Notes under the pieces: generated by a model
Databases searched by the model: none
Seen by the model: only the letters and a program-made list of their open reading frames with translations
Told to the model about the DNA's origin: nothing
Assembly: GCA_964387655.1 (NCBI GenBank)
Contig: CAYLYV010000003.1
Span: 9,409-73,408, forward strand
Length of the DNA stretch: 64,000 nt
Direction of reading: 5' to 3'
Source: an uncultured Cypionkella sp.
GTDB taxonomy: Bacteria > Pseudomonadota > Alphaproteobacteria > Rhodobacterales > Rhodobacteraceae
Part shown: positions 19,382 through 28,992 of the stretch, piece by piece
Layout of the letters: each line of letters begins with the position of its first letter
How positions within the stretch are numbered: position 1 is the first letter of the stretch
Position numbers and translations under genes: made by a program

Positions 19382-20197
19382 TTAGTTGCTATAGTCTTTG
19401 CCATACCACTTGGTCGTCAACTGACCCAATGTACCATCCGCTTTCATGGCGGCAATGGTCTCGTTCACTTTCGCCGTCCAATCCGCATCGCCCTTGTCGG
19501 CGACAATGGTCAGGGGTTCGCGGAAGGCATAACCGCCGGGCACGATCTTGATGGGATAGCCATTCTTGATCGCATTGAGCACGGTCTGCTCACCTGAAAT
19601 CACCGCATCAACGCGCACGCCATCGCCGAGACGCAGATCGTCAAATGGCAGCATGGAATCGGCATAGGTTTTGATTTCACCGGGTTCCAGCCAGTATTCG
19701 ACGGGGGCCACGCCGGGCGCGTCAATCACCAGACGGCGATTGATATATTCCTCCGAAGTGGTCCCGGTTTCCACACCGATCTTCTTGCCATTCAACTCTT
19801 TCGGGTCGGTGACTTTGCTATCGGCATTCACCGCGAACACATAGGGCGTGTAGTAATAAATCCCGGCAAAATCCAACACTTCCGAGCGCGGTTTGGTCGG
19901 CGTGATTGAACCCACCGCCACATCCCAACGTCCGCCCCAACGACCACCCGTCATCACACCCCATTCCGGTGTGTCGAATTCTGTCGTCACGCCAAGGCGC
20001 TTGGCAATCTCGTTGGCGACATCAATGTCAAAGCCGACGAGTTGGTTGCTGTCATCTAGATAGCTTTGCGGAGGCCAGCCAGCATTGGTGGCCACCTTCA
20101 GCACTTTGGTTGATTCAACCCGGTCTAGCGTTTCGCCTGCAAAGACGGCAGGCGCCAACAAAACGGCAGCAAGTGCGCCGATCAAAGCCAATTTCAT
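19382..20197 (-). CDS. ABC transporter substrate-binding protein, family 3 (amino acid/opine type)
   Basis: Signal peptide MKLALIGALAAVLLAPAVFA and an SBP_bac_3-like body (GFDIDVANEIAKRLG). Confidence 0.85.
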   Translation of the reverse strand: MKLALIGALAAVLLAPAVFAGETLDRVESTKVLKVATNAGWPPQSYLDDSNQLVGFDIDVANEIAKRLGVTTEFDTPEWGVMTGGRWGGRWDVAVGSITPTKPRSEVLDFAGIYYYTPYVFAVNADSKVTDPKELNGKKIGVETGTTSEEYINRRLVIDAPGVAPVEYWLEPGEIKTYADSMLPFDDLRLGDGVRVDAVISGEQTVLNAIKNGYPIKIVPGGYAFREPLTIVADKGDADWTAKVNETIAAMKADGTLGQLTTKWYGKDYSN

Positions 20198-20294
20198 TCC
20201 AGTCTCCTCCCATTGAGTTTATGCGGATTCCCGCAATCTCCGCTTCAGTGGACGCATGTTGTCATACGTCTGTCAACGCCGATCTGACGCTAAA

Positions 20295-21098
20295 TCAAAG
20301 CTCCCGCAGGGTTTGAGGAAAGCCGCCGACATGAGCGCAAGTCCGTGCCGCCGCATCGCGCCCAGAGGCCAGGCAGGCCACCAACGGCTGCGCCCGTTTC
20401 CATGCCAAGAGAAATCCGGCGATGAAGGTATCGCCAGCCCCGGTCGTATCCACCACCAACGGCACCGGCCGAATACCGGTTGTCACCACATCACCCCCAT
20501 CGCTTGCCATGCTGCCCATCGCGCCACAGGTCACAACCGCAACCCGACAGCCTAAACCAAGCAACCGTTGCAATGCCGCGTACGCCAAAACCTCTGACGG
20601 ACCAACCGAGTCAAAGCCAAGGTCCAGCCCCGCAGCATCACGGTTGACGGCAACATCCTGCGAAAAGCTGACGCCGCGTCCCGCCAACCGCTCGCGCAGT
20701 GCGGCAGCACCCTTGAACCATCCGAAATGGATGTGATCCATCTCGCTTAGCGCCAAAACCTCCTGTGGCGTCGGGGAATACAACGCCGTCGCGCCGAACT
20801 CCTCAAACGCGATGATGCGTTCGCCTGCCACATCCACATCAATATCTGTGTAAGCGGTGGGCGCATCCAATTCTTGCAGATGCGCGACAGAAACACCCCG
20901 AGCGATCAGGGCATCCCGGGTCCAGCGCCCGGCCTCATCCCGGCCTATTGCGCCAAAATAACTGCTGGTCTCGCCCGCCAGCGCAAGTTGCACCGCCACG
21001 TTGATCGCATTGCCACCCACCGTCGCCTGTGCGAGCGGCAAATAGCGATCAATGCAGTTGTCCCCCAAGGCAGCAAAGTGCAAAGCCGCGTCCTTCAT
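20295..21098 (-). CDS. frlD: PfkB-family kinase, fructoselysine-6-kinase-like
   Basis: ALGDNCIDRYLP...GGNAINVAV N-terminus and DTTGAGDTFIAGFLLAW closely parallel E. coli FrlD. Confidence 0.7.
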   Translation of the reverse strand: MKDAALHFAALGDNCIDRYLPLAQATVGGNAINVAVQLALAGETSSYFGAIGRDEAGRWTRDALIARGVSVAHLQELDAPTAYTDIDVDVAGERIIAFEEFGATALYSPTPQEVLALSEMDHIHFGWFKGAAALRERLAGRGVSFSQDVAVNRDAAGLDLGFDSVGPSEVLAYAALQRLLGLGCRVAVVTCGAMGSMASDGGDVVTTGIRPVPLVVDTTGAGDTFIAGFLLAWKRAQPLVACLASGRDAAARTCAHVGGFPQTLREL

Positions 21099-21122
21099 GG
21101 CAAACTCCGTACCGGGGTGCGT

Positions 21123-22136
21123 TTAATAAGCCACGCGCTTGTAATAGCGCCGCGTCACCAGAGGATGATTGCGCATGACCTCCAGATGGGCCGACAGCCG
21201 CTCCAGAATGGTCGCCATGAAAGCCGGAGACAGCAGCGCCCGCAAGCGCGGAGATACGCCTTCCGGCACAAAATCGGCGATATCCAGCACGGTGAAATGA
21301 TCGGTGTATTGCGGGGCGAAACTGGCGACACGGTCGGCCAGCGCCCCCGCCTCATCTTCGCCACGCATCAGGATCAGGCTGACGGTTTTGTCGATCAATT
21401 CCAGCGGACCATGAAAGAAATCAGCGGCATGGACGGGGCGCGTGCGGATCCATTGCATCTCTTCCAAAATGCAGGTCGCATAGTAGTTGGCCGCAGGCCA
21501 CATATTTCCAGCGGCGGTGAACATATGATAGTCAGCCCCGGCGATGATGCGGGCGAAATGATCTGCTTTCGGCTCGAAATTGCGTTTGGTGGCAAGGAAG
21601 GCCTGCGGCAGACCCTGCATCTCGGCCAGCACTGCATCGTAATCGTCAATCTCCCCCCGGGCCTTCATCACCGAAAGCGCGACGAGTAGCGCTTGAATAT
21701 AGAACGACTCGCTTGACGTATCATCCGCCGCAAAATTCACCAGCGCCGGATTGCCGCCAAGGCCCAGCGGCGTGTCGATATGACCGATCAAAGTGACCAC
21801 CTGCGCGCCGATCTCTTTCAAGCGATTGAGCATCGCCACGCTTTCCTTGGTGGTGCCTGATAGCGAAGGCATGATCACGATGGAACCTGCCGTCAGATTG
21901 CTATTGCCCGAGACCAACAGTTCCGCCGGATAATCGCGGAATACCGGAAAGCCAGAGTTGCGCTGCAACAGCTGGATGGCGGGCTCCATCAGGTAAGCAA
22001 CGCCGCCCGTGCCGAGGAAGAACAAATTCTCCGCGCCCGCCGCAAGAGCCCCTGAGATTGCGGCGTCGATGCGTGGGGCCAGTGCCACTGCGCCCTGCTG
22101 GATGGTCAGAAATCGGGTGTCGTCAAAATTGAGCAT
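21123..22136 (-). CDS. frlB: SIS-domain fructosamine-6-phosphate deglycase-like protein
   Basis: Two SIS-type halves. The C-terminal tail HPLVTRRYYKRVAY parallels the FrlB tail ...DERRYYGGLVEY. Confidence 0.7.
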   Translation of the reverse strand: MLNFDDTRFLTIQQGAVALAPRIDAAISGALAAGAENLFFLGTGGVAYLMEPAIQLLQRNSGFPVFRDYPAELLVSGNSNLTAGSIVIMPSLSGTTKESVAMLNRLKEIGAQVVTLIGHIDTPLGLGGNPALVNFAADDTSSESFYIQALLVALSVMKARGEIDDYDAVLAEMQGLPQAFLATKRNFEPKADHFARIIAGADYHMFTAAGNMWPAANYYATCILEEMQWIRTRPVHAADFFHGPLELIDKTVSLILMRGEDEAGALADRVASFAPQYTDHFTVLDIADFVPEGVSPRLRALLSPAFMATILERLSAHLEVMRNHPLVTRRYYKRVAY

Positions 22137-22173
22137 AGCTGGTCCTGTTGTCGCTGCCGCATGGGGCGCTTAA

Positions 22174-22202
22174 GTTGTCTTACAACTAAGTTGTCAGACA
22201 AC
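22174..22202. promoter_or_regulatory. tandem GntR/HutC-type operators GTTGTCTTACAAC and GTTGTCAGACAAC
   Basis: Direct repeat TAAGTTGTC(N4)CAAC with 16-bp spacing. The second copy is a perfect 13-bp palindrome. They lie 38 to 66 nt upstream of the frlB-like ATG. Confidence 0.6.
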
Positions 22203-22466
22203 ATAAAGCATCAGCAATTCTATCTGTCAACGGGGAAGATCACGCTAACTTACTGATAGATGAAGCTTGAGAAGAAGCACCATTCGATAGGTCGCGGGCG
22301 CAAAGCCACGAAAGCTTTGATCCGACCTCGCCAGGGCGACAGTGTTCGTCGCGGTCGAGTTTGCTTTTCAGCAAATCAGTTCAAGATCGCAAACAATAAA
22401 GTCAAGAAAGTTGCAAACTGGCTTCATGCAGGTGGGCACGAAAGCAACACAAACGTGCTGACCAGA

Positions 22467-22700
22467 TCACTCCCCGAGATCGGCCCTCGCCATCAATCGA
22501 GCGATATGGCCCGCAAACAGCCAGCTTGCCGGTACACCAAGGATTGCTCCGCCCAGCACCGATTGCCACGGCGTAAGGACAGGCAAGCCGAGCCAAGATC
22601 CGATCAGCGCAGCGAAAAACAGATTTACTGCCATTGCCCCCAGACCAAACGGATACATGATCAGCGTCAACTTGGGCCTACTCATTTGCGATCGACTCAT
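22467..22700 (-). CDS. small two-TM membrane protein downstream of norD (NorF/NnrT-like? unverified)
   Basis: 77 aa with two hydrophobic helices. Its ATG overlaps the stop of the preceding micro-ORF (ATGA). Confidence 0.5.
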   Translation of the reverse strand: MSRSQMSRPKLTLIMYPFGLGAMAVNLFFAALIGSWLGLPVLTPWQSVLGGAILGVPASWLFAGHIARLMARADLGE

Positions 22701-22873
22701 TTGCGACTAACCACCCACTGCACGCCGATCAAGGCGATCAGCAAGAACACGGCTGCGATAAGATAAGACAGTTCGGCTTCGGCCGTCTGGGGTTGCGGGA
22801 TCGGGCGCTGGAAGGCCTCGGCCAACGCTGCGGTCGGGACAATCAGGGCAATCAGGGAAAGCGATAGGCGCAT
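22697..22873 (-). CDS. 58-aa micro-protein with N-terminal signal-like and C-terminal TM segment (below the ORF-track size cutoff)
   Basis: Hand translation: MRLSLSLIALIVPTAALAEAFQRPIPQPQTAEAELSYLIAAVFLLIALIGVQWVVSRK. The ATG begins 1 nt after the norD stop and the stop overlaps the next ATG. Confidence 0.45.
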   Translation of the reverse strand: MRLSLSLIALIVPTAALAEAFQRPIPQPQTAEAELSYLIAAVFLLIALIGVQWVVSRK

Positions 22874-22874
22874 G

Positions 22875-24752
22875 TCAGGTCTCCTGGATCAGGGCGCGGT
22901 AGATGTCGGGAAGGGCACGGCTAAGGCGGGCGGGATCGGGCAGCAGGGTAAAACCTGCGCGCCCGAAGATGCGGGCAAACCAATCCTGGCCATCGACATC
23001 GACAATGACGCCGTGCACGGTCTGGCCAGCGCCTCGCGCCTCACGCACCGCCATGCGGCTGTCCTCGATGCCGTGGATGCCTTCGTAATGATCGAGATCA
23101 TTGGGTTTACCGTCGGTCAGCACCACCAACAGCTTGCGCGCCGCAGGGGCTTCGGCAAGCTGGGCCGAGACATGGCGGATCGCAGCGCCAAGACGGGTAT
23201 AGTGACCGGGTCGCAGCCCACCGATGCGGGCGGTGACGGCGGGCGTCATCGCGGCGTCGAAAGCTTTGCAACGCGACAGAAAAACCCGATCCCGCCGCAG
23301 CGAAGAAAACCCCCAGATCGCCAGCCTGTCGCCCGCCGCATCAATACCACCCGCAAGAGCTGCCAACGCCTCGCGCATGGTGTCGATGATACTGCGGCTG
23401 CCCACCACGGATTCGGTCGAACGCGAACAATCCATCAGGATCGCTACCGCCAGATCACGTTCAACGCTGCGCAGGCTACGGAAGATGCGGTCGCTGCCTT
23501 GCCCGGTCGCCCGGATCGCAACCTGCGCCTCGATCAGCGCGTCCAGATCAAGCTCGGGGCCCTCAATTTGGCGCGGGCGTAGGATGCGGCGCGGATGCAG
23601 CGCCTCGAACTGGCGGCGCACGCGGGCCATCAGATGTGGGTCCGGGGCGAAAGGCGTGTCAGCGGCGGTGACCTCTGCCTCAAGCACCACACAATGATCG
23701 GGCATGTAGCTGGCGGCGCGGTGGTTCCATTCCGGGTAGGTGAAGCGGGCAGACAGGCGTTCGTGATCGGCGTCCTGCGGGGCAAGGTCTAGATGCAGGC
23801 GCAGGCGGGTGGCGGCGCGTTTGTGATGCGGCGACAGCGTGATATGGTCGTGATCCTCGGCCGCCTTGCGCGCACCTTCGGGATCGTTGTCATCGGTTGC
23901 ACGGTTCAGCATCATGCTTTCGACCCAAGATAAGATCGATTCAAAGCGATGGAAGATAAAGCTGTCGCTGCGGTTGGCGGCGTCATTGTCTTGCCGGTTG
24001 GCCTTCTTGCGTGTCGGATTGGCCATGCCCGGTGGCGCGCTGATCGCGTCTTGACCCGGCGCGGCAGCCGAGCCGTGGGCGGTAGCCCCCAGACGCAGCC
24101 AAATGGGCGGCGGGGCAAGCGGGCAATAGCCGCGCGGTGTGACTGGCGCAGTTAGGGCAAGCGGCGCGCCACACAGGACGCTGTGTGCAGCGTCACTGAC
24201 GATGCGCTCGGCGGGCGATGCCGCCTGCGGCATTTGCGTCAGCAGATGCGCGCACAGAGCCGCATAGGGTGCGCGCAGGCCGGGGCATAGCGCAAGCGCC
24301 TGGATTGTCGCCTGCTGCATTGCCAAAAGCCAGGCCAGATCGGCGGCGACCGGATCATCCGTCAAGCGGATAGGCTGCGCCGAGGCCGCAAGCGCCGCCA
24401 GCCAAAGATAGGCGGCACGGTTCAGATCCAGTGACGGAAACGCCGCCATCACCGGCGGCAGGCGCAGGGTGGTGCCGTCGAAATGCGCGACATGCTCCAG
24501 CACGCGGGCATCGCCCAGTTGCGCGGCGATGCTGCGGCGATGCCGCGACGCGGTGGCCGGGCTGGCAGCGATTTCGACGCCAGCCGCCCCCCCAAGGGCG
24601 CGAAACATCACGGCAATACTGGGGCGCAGCGCCTCTAACGCCACCGCACTGGCGGGATGGCCAGCAACAGGGGCAAGTCGTTGGGTCAGCCCGTGCCAGA
24701 GGTTGCCCACGGTTTCTTCTGGCTCCATCAGATCAAGCGGGTGCAGTGTCAT
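22875..24752 (-). CDS. norD: nitric-oxide reductase activation protein NorD (VWA domain)
   Basis: 625 aa. C-terminal VWA domain with MIDAS LMDCSRSTES. Follows norQ. Confidence 0.85.
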   Translation of the reverse strand: MTLHPLDLMEPEETVGNLWHGLTQRLAPVAGHPASAVALEALRPSIAVMFRALGGAAGVEIAASPATASRHRRSIAAQLGDARVLEHVAHFDGTTLRLPPVMAAFPSLDLNRAAYLWLAALAASAQPIRLTDDPVAADLAWLLAMQQATIQALALCPGLRAPYAALCAHLLTQMPQAASPAERIVSDAAHSVLCGAPLALTAPVTPRGYCPLAPPPIWLRLGATAHGSAAAPGQDAISAPPGMANPTRKKANRQDNDAANRSDSFIFHRFESILSWVESMMLNRATDDNDPEGARKAAEDHDHITLSPHHKRAATRLRLHLDLAPQDADHERLSARFTYPEWNHRAASYMPDHCVVLEAEVTAADTPFAPDPHLMARVRRQFEALHPRRILRPRQIEGPELDLDALIEAQVAIRATGQGSDRIFRSLRSVERDLAVAILMDCSRSTESVVGSRSIIDTMREALAALAGGIDAAGDRLAIWGFSSLRRDRVFLSRCKAFDAAMTPAVTARIGGLRPGHYTRLGAAIRHVSAQLAEAPAARKLLVVLTDGKPNDLDHYEGIHGIEDSRMAVREARGAGQTVHGVIVDVDGQDWFARIFGRAGFTLLPDPARLSRALPDIYRALIQET

Positions 24753-24756
24753 GATG

Positions 24757-25554
24757 CTAGCCGTAGACGCTGCTGATCAGATCGCGCAGAGCCTGAATAA
24801 CGTCCGGCTCATCCGTCAAAGGTTCGATCACCGCCGCTTGCAGTGCACGCTCCAGCGGCATCCCGTCTGCCATAAGGCTGGCGGCATAGATCAGCAGACG
24901 GGTGGAAACACCCTCTTCCAGATCCATCCCCGACAGCGCCCGGATATGCCCCGCCAGCCGCACCAGTGGGGCGACGCGGGCGGCGTCCAGCCCGCTTTCG
25001 CGTGCGACGACAGCTACTTCTGTGACCGGATCAGGAAATCCGAAGCTGATCGAGAGAAACCGCTGGCGGGTCGAGGGTTTCAGCCGTTTCAGGATGTTCT
25101 GGTAACCGGGGTTATAGCTGGCCACCAGCATGAAGCCCGGCGGCGCAGCCAATTCCTCGCCGGTACGGTCGATCATCAGAGTGCGGCGATTGTCGGTCAG
25201 CGGGTGCAGCACCACGGTCACGTCTTTGCGGGCCTCGATCACCTCATCCAGATAGCAGATCGCCCCTTCGCGCACGGCGCGGGTCAGCGGGCCGTCGACC
25301 CATTCTGTCGCGCCGCCACGCAAAAGGTAGCGTCCGATCAGGTCAGCGGCGGACAGATCATCGTGGCAGGCAACAGTGTAGAGCGGGCGGCCCAACCGGG
25401 CCGCCATATGTTCCACAAACCGGGTTTTGCCGCAGCCCGTCGGCCCCTTCAGCAGCAGCGGCAGTCCCCGCGCGTGGGCCGCCTCAAACAGCGCACATTC
25501 CTGCCCAACCGGGCGATAGAACGGAGCTTTGCGTTCCGGTGCAAGGGCGTTCAT
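24757..25554 (-). CDS. norQ: MoxR-type AAA+ ATPase NorQ
   Basis: Walker A GPTGCGKT and the CbbQ/NorQ-like body. ATGA overlap with the norB stop. Confidence 0.9.
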   Translation of the reverse strand: MNALAPERKAPFYRPVGQECALFEAAHARGLPLLLKGPTGCGKTRFVEHMAARLGRPLYTVACHDDLSAADLIGRYLLRGGATEWVDGPLTRAVREGAICYLDEVIEARKDVTVVLHPLTDNRRTLMIDRTGEELAAPPGFMLVASYNPGYQNILKRLKPSTRQRFLSISFGFPDPVTEVAVVARESGLDAARVAPLVRLAGHIRALSGMDLEEGVSTRLLIYAASLMADGMPLERALQAAVIEPLTDEPDVIQALRDLISSVYG

Positions 25555-26903
25555 GCGACATCCTCCGCCAAGGGGGTGGCGCTGGCAGGTGCAATCAACT
25601 CGCGCCGCACCACAAGCTGGCTGTAGATGAACAACAATGCCCCCAGAACAACGGCAATCCCGGCACCGAACCGCATCAGATAGAACAGGCCCAACTGATC
25701 TTGCACATCCATGTAAGCCTCGCCGACCACCCGCTGCATGTGGGTCTGAATCGTGCCTGCAAAGGTCAGCACGAAGGTCATGAATGCCATTCCCCCGGTC
25801 ATCAGCCAGAACGAGATCATGTTCAGGACCTGATTATAGGGTGCACGCTGACGCAGCTGCGGCATAGCATAGGTGATGATCGCAAGGTTCATCGCGACAT
25901 AGGCGCCGTAGAACGACAGATGCCCGTGCGCTGCGGTGATTTGCGTGCCATGGGTGTAAAAGTTCACGCCATGGAAGGTGTGCAGGAAGCCCCAAACCCC
26001 GGCGCCGAAGAAGGCCACCGTTGCCGAGCCCAGCGCCCAGAGAAGTGCTGCCTTGTTGGGATGATTGCGTCGGCCTTTCCAGACCATGATGAAGGCAAAG
26101 GACATCATGCCAAAGAATGGCACCACCTCGAAGGCCGAGAAAATTGAGCCGGTCCACTGCCAGTAGGACGGCAAGCCAATCCAGTAGAAATGGTGGCCAG
26201 TGCCAAGGATGCCGGAAAACAGCGCGGTGGCGACGATGACATAAAGCCATTTTTCGATCACCTCGCGGTCCACCCCGGTCAGCTTCAGCATCAGGAAGGC
26301 GAGGATCGCGGCCATCACCAGTTCCCATGTGCCCTCGACCCACAGGTGCACGATGAACCACCAGTACATCTTGTCGAGGCTGAGGTTATCGGGGTTGATG
26401 AACGAGAAGATCCACAGCAGCGACAGCAGCCACAGCCCGGTCAACAGCACGTTGGTGATGGCGGTCTTGCGCCCGGCCAGCACGGTCAACGAGATGTTCA
26501 CAAGGAAGATCACCGCCGCGACAAGGATGCCAAACTTGACCCATAAGGGCTGTTCCAGAAACTCGCGTCCACCGTGGATACCCACCAGATAGCTGGCAAC
26601 CGCGCCAAGGGTGCCGATCACCAGAATGGCCAGTTGCAGATAGGCCAGCTTGACCGACCAGATTTCCCGCTCGGATTCCTCGGGAACGAGGTAGTAGGCG
26701 GCCCCAAAGAACCCCAGCAACAGCCAGACGATCAGGGCGTTGGTGTGGATCATACGGACGATGTTGAACGGCAGCACCGTGGACAGGGTGTTGGGTGAGA
26801 CATAGATCCATCCGGCCAGAAGGCCGCCCAGAACCTGAATGCCAAACAGCCCCATCGCCACCAGAAAATAGGCCAAAGCCACCTTTTGCGATTGATATTT
26901 CAT
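25551..26903 (-). CDS. norB: nitric-oxide reductase large subunit NorB (cNOR)
   Basis: 450 aa, 12-TM heme-copper-oxidase-like sequence (MKYQSQKVALAYF..., HLWVEG, multiple His ligands). Confidence 0.9.
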   Translation of the reverse strand: MKYQSQKVALAYFLVAMGLFGIQVLGGLLAGWIYVSPNTLSTVLPFNIVRMIHTNALIVWLLLGFFGAAYYLVPEESEREIWSVKLAYLQLAILVIGTLGAVASYLVGIHGGREFLEQPLWVKFGILVAAVIFLVNISLTVLAGRKTAITNVLLTGLWLLSLLWIFSFINPDNLSLDKMYWWFIVHLWVEGTWELVMAAILAFLMLKLTGVDREVIEKWLYVIVATALFSGILGTGHHFYWIGLPSYWQWTGSIFSAFEVVPFFGMMSFAFIMVWKGRRNHPNKAALLWALGSATVAFFGAGVWGFLHTFHGVNFYTHGTQITAAHGHLSFYGAYVAMNLAIITYAMPQLRQRAPYNQVLNMISFWLMTGGMAFMTFVLTFAGTIQTHMQRVVGEAYMDVQDQLGLFYLMRFGAGIAVVLGALLFIYSQLVVRRELIAPASATPLAEDVA

Positions 26904-26915
26904 CGTTGTTCCTCC

Positions 26916-27368
26916 TTAGCCCGCGTCCGTTGGCGGCCAGCCTTGCGTGTTGGTGTGATCTGCCCAGCGCAGGAATTCGGCCAGCCCGCGCATTTCTTCT
27001 TCGCTGATTGTGAAATGTGGCATCTGACGGCGGCCTTCGACGCCACTTGGCTGGGCGGCCATCCAGCCATCCAGCACTTCATACGCAGTTTGTGGATCGT
27101 CCAGCACTCCCCAACGCGTCATCACGTTGCCAAGCTCGGGCGCGAAATAGGCCCCTTCGCCGTGCAATGTGTGGCAGTTGATACAGCTGTTATGCTCCCA
27201 AACCTGTTTGCCCAAAACCACCGCTGGGGTCAGTGGCATGCCTGCGGTGGAGACGTTGACCACATAGCGATGCGAGTTGATGGTCAGGCCGATGAACACC
27301 ACGACGAAGAACAGTGATCCGCCGTAAAAGATGTTTCTCGCCCTCGATTTTGTAAGAATTTCTGACAT
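26916..27368 (-). CDS. norC: nitric-oxide reductase cytochrome c subunit NorC
   Basis: Start at MSEILTKS (27368) behind RBS GGAGG. 150 aa, a single TM and the heme c motif CINCH. Confidence 0.9.
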   Translation of the reverse strand: MSEILTKSRARNIFYGGSLFFVVVFIGLTINSHRYVVNVSTAGMPLTPAVVLGKQVWEHNSCINCHTLHGEGAYFAPELGNVMTRWGVLDDPQTAYEVLDGWMAAQPSGVEGRRQMPHFTISEEEMRGLAEFLRWADHTNTQGWPPTDAG

Positions 27369-27428
27369 GCGGCCTCCTGCAGGGGGATATGGGTTTTCCT
27401 TTCCTAGCTGCCTCGGCCGCGTCTGACG

Positions 27429-27442
27429 TTGTTCTGGCACAA
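27429..27442. promoter_or_regulatory. NnrR/FNR-type box TTGTTCTGGCACAA (within CGTTGT-N6-ACAACG)
   Basis: TTG-N8-CAA dyad centred about 67 nt from the norC ATG and about 71 nt from the divergent DUF1858-gene ATG. Confidence 0.65.
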
Positions 27443-27506
27443 CGACGCCGCACAACATTCCAAGCATCTTTGGCAGACCCGCGACGATCCCCCCGCAGGA
27501 GGTCCC

Positions 27507-27719
27507 ATGACCGTTCCAGACATCGACAACCCGGACCTGCCGTTGCAGGTGCTGTTCGACAGGTGGCCCGCCATTGCGGCCGTGTTCCTGTCGCATCGTA
27601 TGTTGTGCTTTGGCTGCCCGATCGCGCCGTTTCACACGGTTGTCGATGCCTGTCTGGAATACGGTCTGGATGAGACACGGTTTCGCCTGGAACTGCGGGC
27701 CGCCCTGCGGTGCGGCTGA
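27507..27719 (+). CDS. DUF1858-type small redox-disulfide protein (hybrid-cluster/ScdA N-terminal-like)
   Basis: 70 aa from MTVPDID behind RBS GCAGGAGG. Motif MLCFGCPIAPFHTV..AC.EYGLD. Confidence 0.6.
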   Translation: MTVPDIDNPDLPLQVLFDRWPAIAAVFLSHRMLCFGCPIAPFHTVVDACLEYGLDETRFRLELRAALRCG

Positions 27720-27803
27720 CCGTCCCGCCACCTTCGGCAGAGATTTAACCGTGCGTCCGCGATCAAGCCGACGTCGGACCAAAAGCAACGAAAGCGACCT
27801 TCA

Positions 27804-28991
27804 ATGACCAAAGCTCCCCGTCCGCCCTACTCCGGCCCCCCGCTGTTCAGCTATGGGTTCCGACCCTTCTTCCTGTTGGCGGGGTTGTTTGCCGTGTTTG
27901 TTGTGCCGCTGTGGATGCTTGTCTGGTCGGGCCATGTCACCCTGAGCGGCTCGTTTTCGCCAGTGGATTGGCACATCCACGAGATGCTGTTCGGCTACAC
28001 CTCGGCCGTCATCGCGGGGTTCTTGTTCACGGCGATTCCGAACTGGACGGGCCGTTTGCCAACGCGGGGCTGGCCGCTGATGATGCTTGCGACCTTGTGG
28101 GCCTTGGGGCGCATTGCCGTTGCCGGAGGTTTGGGGTTGGGCCCGGTTCAGGTGATGGTGCTGGATTGCGCCTTCATGGCGCTAATCGGTGCAATGGTGG
28201 TGACTGAGATCGTCGCGGGGCGCAACTGGAGCAATCTGAAGGTTGTGGTGCCGGTGCTGCTCTATATGGCGGCCAATGTGACCTTCCATTTGGAAGTCAT
28301 GGCGCAGGGTCAGGCTGCCATCGGTCGGCGGCTTGGATTTGCGATGGTGGTCATGCTGATCTTGCTGATCGGCGGGCGGATCATCCCCAGTTTCACCCGC
28401 AACTGGTTGGTCAAGCGCGGACCGGGGCTATTGCCTGCGCCGTTTGGGCGGCTGGATGCGGCAAGCCTTGGGGCGACGCTGTTGGCGCTGATGCTGTGGG
28501 TCGCGCTGCCGGATGCTGAGGTTTCGGCAAGCGGGATGATGCTGGCCGGGTTGGTGCAGGTGATCCGGCTCAGCCGGTGGCTGGGATGGCGCACGCTGGC
28601 GTCGCCGCTTCTGCTCATACTGCATCTGGCCTTTGCCTTTCTGCCTTGTGGTCTTTTCGCGCTTGGCTTGGCCGGATTTGGCATCATACCAGCCGCTGTG
28701 GGCCTGCATCTGTTGGGCATTGGCGGCATTGGCGGGATGACATTGGCGGTGATGATGCGGGCGTCATTGGGCCATACCGGACGCGCGCTTGAGATTGGTC
28801 CGATGTTGGCTGCAGCCTTCACCTGCGTCGCGCTGGCGGCTATGGTGCGTGCCTCGGCCACAGACGAGACGGGGCTTTGGCTGGCCGCGGCGCTGTGGGC
28901 GGTTGGATTTTCCGCGTTTTTGGGGCATTATGCGCCTATCCTGACAAGCGCGAATGCGGGGCGTAAACGGCCCAACTTGAAGGAAAACTGA
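27804..28991 (+). CDS. nnrS: NnrS-family heme/copper membrane protein
   Basis: 395 aa, about 12 TM. N-terminus PLFSYGFRPFFLLAG and WHIHEMLFGY are typical of NnrS. Confidence 0.85.
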   Translation: MTKAPRPPYSGPPLFSYGFRPFFLLAGLFAVFVVPLWMLVWSGHVTLSGSFSPVDWHIHEMLFGYTSAVIAGFLFTAIPNWTGRLPTRGWPLMMLATLWALGRIAVAGGLGLGPVQVMVLDCAFMALIGAMVVTEIVAGRNWSNLKVVVPVLLYMAANVTFHLEVMAQGQAAIGRRLGFAMVVMLILLIGGRIIPSFTRNWLVKRGPGLLPAPFGRLDAASLGATLLALMLWVALPDAEVSASGMMLAGLVQVIRLSRWLGWRTLASPLLLILHLAFAFLPCGLFALGLAGFGIIPAAVGLHLLGIGGIGGMTLAVMMRASLGHTGRALEIGPMLAAAFTCVALAAMVRASATDETGLWLAAALWAVGFSAFLGHYAPILTSANAGRKRPNLKEN

Positions 28992-28992
28992 G

